Assembly: GCA_027623205.1 (NCBI GenBank)
Contig: JAQBYC010000004.1
Coordinates: 5,810 to 69,809, forward strand
Length of the DNA stretch: 64,000 nucleotides
Origin: Pseudomonadota bacterium
GTDB lineage: Bacteria > Pseudomonadota > Alphaproteobacteria > GCA-2731375
Direction: 5' to 3'
Shown here: piece after piece, positions 58,146 to 64,000 of the stretch
How positions within the stretch are numbered: position 1 is the stretch's first letter
Layout of the letters: each line of letters starts with the position of its first letter
Notes under the pieces: generated by a model
The model's input: the letters and a program-made list of their open reading frames with translations, nothing else
Databases searched by the model: none
Told to the model about the DNA's origin: nothing
Translations under genes and position numbers: made by a program

Positions 58146-58928
58146 ATGGCGCAAGCAGCGCACTATCTGGCGTTGGCCGAACGGTTGGCGGACGCCGCTG
58201 GTGCGATCATCCGGCCCTATTTTCGCGCCGATCTGGACATAGAAAGAAAGGCCGACGAAAGCCCCGTAACCATTGCGGACCGGCAAGCCGAACAGGCCAT
58301 GCGCGCCATAATCGAAGCCGAATGCCCTGATCACGGCATCCGCGGCGAGGAATACCCCGACAAGGCCGGCGCCGGCGAATGGCATTGGATTCTGGATCCC
58401 ATTGACGGCACGAAGCTGTTCATTACCGGTATCCCGTTGTTCGGCACGCTGATCGCGCTGTCCAAAAATGGCAAACCGGTTATTGGCGTGGTCGACCAAC
58501 CGATCAGCGGCGAACGTTGGGCCGGCGGCATGGACGGCATGGCCACCTTCAACGGCGCCGCGGTCAGGACCAACGACCGCGATGGTCTTGCCGGGGCCAA
58601 TCTGTTCACCACGTCATTAAACGAATACCACCCGGACCAGGCCCAGGCCTTTGCCCGCCTGTCCGCCGCCACCGCGTTGACCCGGCAGGGCACCGACTGC
58701 TATGCCTTTGCCATGCTGGCCATGGGCTTTGTCGATATTGTCACCGAAACCAACCTGCACGAATGGGACCTGGCGGCGCACGTTCCCATCATCGAGAATG
58801 CCGGCGGCCGCATCACCGACTGGCAGGGAAAACCCTTGCGTTTTGACGGTCAGATCAAAATTGAAACCGTGATAGCCTGCGCCAACCCCACCCTGCACGC
58901 CCAGGCCCTGGCCGTATTACAAGGCTGA
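58146..58928 (+). CDS. hisN: Histidinol-phosphatase of the inositol monophosphatase family.
   Basis: WILDPIDGTKLFITGIPLFGTLIAL and WDLAA, the IMPase-fold metal-binding motifs in the HisN-like variant. Confidence 0.65.
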   Translation: MAQAAHYLALAERLADAAGAIIRPYFRADLDIERKADESPVTIADRQAEQAMRAIIEAECPDHGIRGEEYPDKAGAGEWHWILDPIDGTKLFITGIPLFGTLIALSKNGKPVIGVVDQPISGERWAGGMDGMATFNGAAVRTNDRDGLAGANLFTTSLNEYHPDQAQAFARLSAATALTRQGTDCYAFAMLAMGFVDIVTETNLHEWDLAAHVPIIENAGGRITDWQGKPLRFDGQIKIETVIACANPTLHAQALAVLQG

Positions 58929-59016
58929 ACCCTCGCAGCCTGGCATGAGGCCTTGCTATCGCCGCATTGTACGGCCATCGTTTGCCATATTCTTGCAATC
59001 GGCCGGAGATCAGCTC

Positions 59017-60840
59017 GTGCGCGCCATTCTTGTCACCATCGGATCGTTGTTTCTAAGCCTGCCCGTCTGGTCGGAAGACACCGCACGGCACGGCATGTCC
59101 ATGTTCGGGGAACTGAAGTATCCGGCCGGCTTCAGGCATTTCGACTATGTCAATCCCGACGCGCCCAAGGGCGGGCTGGTCCGCCTCGAAGCGCAGGGCA
59201 CCTACGACACTCTGAACGGCTTCACCATCAAGGGCAGCGCAGCCGCCGGGTTGGGCCTGATCTATGATACTCTGCTGGAGTCTGCCCGCGACGAGGCTTT
59301 TGCGGAGTACGGACTGCTGGTGGAAAGCGTCGCGGTGGCGGCAGATCTGTCATCGGTTACCTTTAACCTGCGTCCACAGGCCCGTTGGCATGACGGCAAG
59401 CCGGTCACCGCCGACGACGTTGCCTTCAGCCTCGATTTACTGAAATCCACGGGCGCGCCTTTTTACCGCTTCTACTATGCCAATGTGGACAAGGCGGAGG
59501 TGCTGTCCCCCCACAAGGTCAGGTTTATCTTCAAGGGTCAAACGAACCGCGAATTGCCTCTGATCGTTGGCCAACTGCCGGTGCTGCCGAAACATTATTG
59601 GCAGGACAAGGACTTTGCCACGACGACGCTGGAACCACCCCTGGGCAGCGGACCCTATCGCATCGGCAAGATCGATCCTGGACGCAGCATTACCTATGAA
59701 CGGGTGGCTGACTATTGGGGCCGCGATCTGAGCGTGAACAAGGGACGCTACAACTTTGACAATCTGCGATTTGAATATTACCGCGATCCCACCGTGGCGC
59801 TGGAAGCGTTCAAGGCCAACGCCTTTGATTTCCGCCAGGAGAATACCGCCAAGGTCTGGGCCACGCAGTATGAATTCCCGGCCATCAAAAATAATCAGGT
59901 AATCAAAAAAACCCTGGCCAACGGCAATCCTACGGGCATGCAGTCCTTCGCCTTCAACATCCGCAGGGACAAGTTCCAGAACCGCCAGGTACGCCAGGCC
60001 CTGGCCCTGACATTTGATTTTGAATGGGCCAACAAGAACCTGTTTTTCGGCCAATACACCCGGACCCAAAGCTTCTTTGCCAACTCGGAACTGGCGTCCC
60101 GTGATCTTCCCAGCGCGGCGGAGTTGCTGCTGCTTGAACCTTTACGGGGACAAATTCCCGAAGAGGTCTTCACCAAGTCCTTTTCGGCACCAAAAACCGA
60201 TGGCTCCGGAAATTCCAGGCAACAATTGCGCCAGGCCAAGCAGCTGTTGGAGGGCGCCGGCTGGTCGGTCAGGGACGGCCGCTTGACCAACGATAAAACC
60301 GGCCAGGCCATGGAAGTTGAAGTCCTGCTGGTCAACCAGGGCTTCCAGCGGGTCGTGGCGCCCATGCAACGGGCCATGGAACGCCTGGGCGTTAAGGTCA
60401 ATGTACGCCTGGTCGATACCTCGCAGTACATCAATCGCCTGCGCGACTTCGACTTTGATATCATCGTCGGCGGCTGGGGCCAGTCCCTCTCGCCGGGCAA
60501 CGAACAGCGGGACTTCTGGGGCGCCGCCGCCGCCGACCGGCCGGGCAGCCGCAACTATATCGGCATCAAGGATCCCGCCATCGACAAACTGGTCGATCAC
60601 ATCATATTCGCCGAAAGCCGGGCGGGACTGGTCGCGGCCTCACGGGCCCTGGACCGGGTGCTGTTGTGGAACCATTTCGTCATCCCCAATTGGCACATCA
60701 ATAAATACCGCATCGCCTATTGGAACCGTTTTGGCCAGCCGCCCGCGCCGCCGAAATACGGCCTGGGCTTTCCCGATACCTGGTGGCTGGATGCCGCCAA
60801 GGACCAGGCCTTGCAGAATGCCACGAAGGGACGGAAGTAG
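59017..60840 (+). CDS. yejA: ABC transporter periplasmic substrate-binding protein (family 5, YejA-like), copy 1.
   Basis: Signal peptide from the GTG at 59017 (RAILVTIGSLFLSLPVWS). FRHFDYVNPDAPKGG...GSGPYRIGKIDPGRSITYERVADYWG. The ORF track start is 58945. Confidence 0.8.
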   Translation: MRAILVTIGSLFLSLPVWSEDTARHGMSMFGELKYPAGFRHFDYVNPDAPKGGLVRLEAQGTYDTLNGFTIKGSAAAGLGLIYDTLLESARDEAFAEYGLLVESVAVAADLSSVTFNLRPQARWHDGKPVTADDVAFSLDLLKSTGAPFYRFYYANVDKAEVLSPHKVRFIFKGQTNRELPLIVGQLPVLPKHYWQDKDFATTTLEPPLGSGPYRIGKIDPGRSITYERVADYWGRDLSVNKGRYNFDNLRFEYYRDPTVALEAFKANAFDFRQENTAKVWATQYEFPAIKNNQVIKKTLANGNPTGMQSFAFNIRRDKFQNRQVRQALALTFDFEWANKNLFFGQYTRTQSFFANSELASRDLPSAAELLLLEPLRGQIPEEVFTKSFSAPKTDGSGNSRQQLRQAKQLLEGAGWSVRDGRLTNDKTGQAMEVEVLLVNQGFQRVVAPMQRAMERLGVKVNVRLVDTSQYINRLRDFDFDIIVGGWGQSLSPGNEQRDFWGAAAADRPGSRNYIGIKDPAIDKLVDHIIFAESRAGLVAASRALDRVLLWNHFVIPNWHINKYRIAYWNRFGQPPAPPKYGLGFPDTWWLDAAKDQALQNATKGRK

Positions 60841-60877
60841 GCGGGCCAGGCATCCCTAATCTGCTATCATCTGGTGC

Positions 60878-62713
60878 ATGATTCGCATTGCCTGGTTACC
60901 GCTGTTTTTGTTGCTGATGGGAAGCGCCGGGGCTGCGGCGGAACCCAGGCATGGTTTTGCCGTGCTGGGCAGTCTGAAGTACGGCCCCGGCTTCAAACAT
61001 TTTGACTATGTCAATCCGGACGCGCCCAAGGGGGGGCGGTTGCGCCTTTGGTACAACGGCAACTTTGACAGCCTGAATCCGTTCATATTGAAAGGCCATT
61101 GGGCCGCGGGCAGCAATCCGTTTGGCGTCGATGGCCGCCTGCTCACCTTCGAAAGCCTGATGACCGCCGCGGGCGACGAGGAAGATTCCTATTACGGCTT
61201 GATCGCCGGCGGGGTGGAACTGCCGGATGACAGGCAGTCCATTACCTTCACACTGCGCCCAGAGGCCCGTTGGCATGACGGCAGCGAAATTACCGCCGCC
61301 GACGTGGCCTATTCCTTTGATACCCTGAAGGCCAAGGGGCATCCGGTCTATCGGGTTTTATTCAAGGATGTGACCGATGCCGAGGTCCTGGCCTCGCGCA
61401 AGCTGCGCTTCAACTTTGCCCAGGGCGCCCTGACCCGCGACCTGCCCGCGACCGTAGCCAGCATGCCGGTGATTTCCCAGGCCTGGTACAAGGATCATGA
61501 TTTCAACAAGACCACCATGACGGCGCCGCTCGGCAGCGGGCCCTACAAGGTGGAGAACGTGGATCCGGGCCGGTCCGTCACCTATGCCCTGGTGCCGGAC
61601 CATTGGGCCAAGGATCTTCCGGTCTACGCCGGGCGCTACAATTTTCAGCGCATTAGCTGGGATTATTACCGCGACCGGGACATCGCGTTGGAGGCGCTGT
61701 TCGCGGGCAAGATGGATTTTCGCGAGGATTTCACCTCGCGCAACTGGGCCACCAAGTATGACAATGTGCCCGCCATCATGGATGGCCGTCTGATCAAGGA
61801 AGCGCTGCCGGATCTCAATCCGTCAGGCTTCCAGGCCTTTTTCCTGAACACCCGCCGGGCCAAGTTCGCCGACCGCCGGGTGCGCCAGGCCATCGGTCTG
61901 GTATTTGATTTTGAATGGACCAACAAGAACCTGTTCCATGGGCTGTACCAGCGCACCTACAGCATCTTTCAAAACTCCGACATGGAAGCAGCAGGCGCGC
62001 CGCAAGGGGCCGAGCTGGCCCTGCTGGAACCCTGGCGCAAGGCGTTGCCGGCGGAGGTTTTTGGCGCCGTCTACCGCGCGCCGGAAACCGACGGTTCAGG
62101 TAACATCCGCGGGCAGTTGCGCCAGGCTAAAAAACTGCTGCGGGCAGCGGGCTGGACGGTGCAGGATGGCAAACTGATCAATAACCAGAACCAGGTTTTC
62201 GAGATCGAGTTCCTATCCTATGGCAAAGCCTTCGAACGCATCGTCATGCCCTATATCCGCAATTTGGAGAAACTGGGCATCGCCGCGCGCTTCCGCCTGG
62301 TGGAGCCGGCGCAATACCAACGGCGCATCCAGGAATTCGATTTTGACATCACCACATTCCGCAATTCTTCGTCCCTGACACCGGGCCTGGGCCTGCGCAG
62401 CGCCTGGAATTCCAGGAACGCCGATGTGGTCGGCGGGCGCAATTACACCGGCCTGAAAAGCGCCGCCGTCGATGGCCTGATCGAACAGATCATTCAGGCC
62501 GAGAACCGGGCGCAGCTGCGCCACGCGACCCATGCCCTGGACCGGGTCATCATGTGGACCCACAATCTGGTGCCCCAGTGGTTCAAGGCCTCGCACACCA
62601 TCGCCTATTGGGATGTTTTCGGGCGCCCGGCCATAAAACCGAAATATGCCCGCGGCGTCCTGGATACCTGGTGGTGGGACCCGGCCAAGGCCGCCAAGCT
62701 GGGCCGCGATTAG
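60878..62713 (+). CDS. yejA: ABC transporter periplasmic substrate-binding protein (family 5, YejA-like), copy 2 and a tandem paralog.
   Basis: Signal peptide MIRIAWLPLFLLLMGSAGAAA. FKHFDYVNPDAPKGG...GSGPYKVENVDPGRSVTYALVPDHWA, collinear with copy 1. Confidence 0.8.
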   Translation: MIRIAWLPLFLLLMGSAGAAAEPRHGFAVLGSLKYGPGFKHFDYVNPDAPKGGRLRLWYNGNFDSLNPFILKGHWAAGSNPFGVDGRLLTFESLMTAAGDEEDSYYGLIAGGVELPDDRQSITFTLRPEARWHDGSEITAADVAYSFDTLKAKGHPVYRVLFKDVTDAEVLASRKLRFNFAQGALTRDLPATVASMPVISQAWYKDHDFNKTTMTAPLGSGPYKVENVDPGRSVTYALVPDHWAKDLPVYAGRYNFQRISWDYYRDRDIALEALFAGKMDFREDFTSRNWATKYDNVPAIMDGRLIKEALPDLNPSGFQAFFLNTRRAKFADRRVRQAIGLVFDFEWTNKNLFHGLYQRTYSIFQNSDMEAAGAPQGAELALLEPWRKALPAEVFGAVYRAPETDGSGNIRGQLRQAKKLLRAAGWTVQDGKLINNQNQVFEIEFLSYGKAFERIVMPYIRNLEKLGIAARFRLVEPAQYQRRIQEFDFDITTFRNSSSLTPGLGLRSAWNSRNADVVGGRNYTGLKSAAVDGLIEQIIQAENRAQLRHATHALDRVIMWTHNLVPQWFKASHTIAYWDVFGRPAIKPKYARGVLDTWWWDPAKAAKLGRD

Positions 62714-63826
62714 ATGATCGCCTATATCATCCGCCGCCTGCTGTTGATGATCCCCACTTTGTTCGGGATCATGCTGCTGAACTTCGTGGTGCTGCAATTC
62801 CTCCCCGGCGGACCGGTTGAACAGGTAATCGCGCAATTGACTGGCACGGCGGTGGAAGCGACCTCCCGCGTCTCCGGCGGCGGCGCCGAGGTCGGCCGCG
62901 AACAGCAAATGGCCAGCCAAGGCGCCGATGCGGCGGTTTCCAGCAAATACCGGGGCGCCCAGGGCCTGGACCCGGAACTGATCAAGGATCTGGAGCGGCA
63001 GTTCGGCCTGGACAAGCCGGCCCACGAACGCTTTGCCCTGCTGGTCTGGAATTACCTGCAGTTCGACTTCGGCGAAAGCTTCTTCCGCGACCAGCCGGTG
63101 ATCGGCCTGGTGATCGACAAGATGCCGGTCTCCATCTCGCTTGGCCTCTGGACCACGCTGTTGACCTATCTGATCTGCATACCCCTAGGCATCGCCAAAG
63201 CGGTGCGCGACGGCAGCCGTTTTGACATCTGGACCTCGACCATCATTATCGTCGGTTATGCCATCCCCGGCTTTCTGTTCGCGGTGTTGCTGATCGTGCT
63301 GTTCGCGGGCGGCTCGTTCTGGGATGTCTTCCCCTTGCGCGGCCTGACCTCGGAGGGTTGGGACGATATGAGTTGGCCGGCCCGGATCACAGATTATTTC
63401 TGGCACATGGTCCTGCCGATCCTGGCCATGGCAATCGGAGGTTTCGCCACCCTGACCATGCTGACCAAGAATTCCTTTCTGGACGAGATCAACAAGCATT
63501 ATGTGATCACCGCCAGGGCCAAGGGTTTGAGCGAACGACGCGTGCTGTACGGCCATGTCTTCCGCAATGCCATGCTGATCGTGGTTGCCGGGTTCCCCTC
63601 TGCCTTTATCGGCGTTCTGTTCACCGGTTCGCTATTGATCGAGGTGATTTTCTCGCTTGATGGCCTTGGCCTGTTGGGCTTCGAAGCCGCCCTGAACCGG
63701 GACTATCCGGTGGTGTTGGGCACCTTGTACGTGTTCACCCTGATGGGGTTGATCCTTAATCTGATCGGCGATCTGATGTACACCATCATCGATCCGCGGA
63801 TCGATTTCGAAAGCCGCGAGGTCTAA
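62714..63826 (+). CDS. yejB: ABC transporter permease, YejB-like.
   Basis: [24 protein letters not shown] (typical DppB/OppB-type N-terminus) and the EAA-loop region [22 protein letters not shown]. Confidence 0.85.
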   Translation: MIAYIIRRLLLMIPTLFGIMLLNFVVLQFLPGGPVEQVIAQLTGTAVEATSRVSGGGAEVGREQQMASQGADAAVSSKYRGAQGLDPELIKDLERQFGLDKPAHERFALLVWNYLQFDFGESFFRDQPVIGLVIDKMPVSISLGLWTTLLTYLICIPLGIAKAVRDGSRFDIWTSTIIIVGYAIPGFLFAVLLIVLFAGGSFWDVFPLRGLTSEGWDDMSWPARITDYFWHMVLPILAMAIGGFATLTMLTKNSFLDEINKHYVITARAKGLSERRVLYGHVFRNAMLIVVAGFPSAFIGVLFTGSLLIEVIFSLDGLGLLGFEAALNRDYPVVLGTLYVFTLMGLILNLIGDLMYTIIDPRIDFESREV

Positions 63827-64000
63827 ATGGACGCGGCCGGACAGGACCACCTTCTGGGCCGCCGCATCACGCCGCTGACCCGGCGGCGGCTGCGCAATTT
63901 CCGGGCCAACAAACGGGGCTACTGGTCGCTATGGATATTCCTGACGCTGTTCATACTCGGCCTGTTCGCCGAATTCATCGCCAATGACAAACCGTTGCTG
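63827..64000 (+). CDS. yejE: ABC transporter permease, YejE-like. Partial; continues beyond the window.
   Basis: The ATG comes 1 nt after the yejB stop. RRRLRNFRANKRGYWSLWIFLTLFILGLFAEFIANDKPLL is the typical N-terminus of the second permease. Confidence 0.75.
   Translation, partial: MDAAGQDHLLGRRITPLTRRRLRNFRANKRGYWSLWIFLTLFILGLFAEFIANDKPLL

Noticed and set aside
1-64000. CRISPR arrays, tRNA/rRNA genes, IS elements, integrases, toxin-antitoxin pairs or known defence-system genes.
   Set aside because: I could not find regularly spaced direct repeats, a tRNA-like T-arm (GGTTCGAATCC-type) or transposase/integrase-like translations in the ORF track or the intergenic regions. This is a by-eye scan, so small elements could have been missed.

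Overview
This looks like a high-GC chromosomal segment of alphaproteobacterial type. The gene content and order point that way: sdhCDAB, ffs-dnaX-ybaB-recR, def-fmt, purH, pheA, kdsB, hisN, a membrane-anchored cytochrome c, yejA-yejA-yejB-yejE, and a SAM-II-like leader on metY. I can support about 55 protein-coding genes, one ncRNA (SRP/4.5S RNA), one riboswitch-like leader and a few intrinsic terminators. I saw no rRNA, tRNA, CRISPR array, transposase, integrase or phage genes. The many long ORFs antisense to real genes are ordinary high-GC shadow frames. Three stretches are visibly more AT-rich than the housekeeping backbone and carry the non-housekeeping content. (1) About 12.0-17.2 kb holds a polysaccharide deacetylase plus a tightly spaced ACP / AMP-ligase / SDR / GNAT-like cassette (two of three junctions overlap), followed by a frame-disrupted ORF. 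(2) About 34.2-37.7 kb holds a radical SAM/SPASM-sulfotransferase-like fusion protein and a methyltransferase-like gene, wedged between fmt and the giant NAD-glutamate dehydrogenase gene. (3) About 47.9-53.8 kb holds a four-gene operon with coupled downstream junctions. It encodes a small secreted peptide whose C-terminus is a run of Trp-X-Asn triplets, a radical SAM/SPASM maturase, and two orphan proteins (251 aa and about 1035 aa, the latter membrane-anchored). Locus (3) is my best candidate for an undescribed system: a cyclophane/triceptide-like RiPP pathway with unusual partner genes. Other points worth a look are a clean in-frame TAG splitting a PAS-histidine kinase at the left edge, and a proline-racemase-family enzyme with a Ser/Cys catalytic pair.
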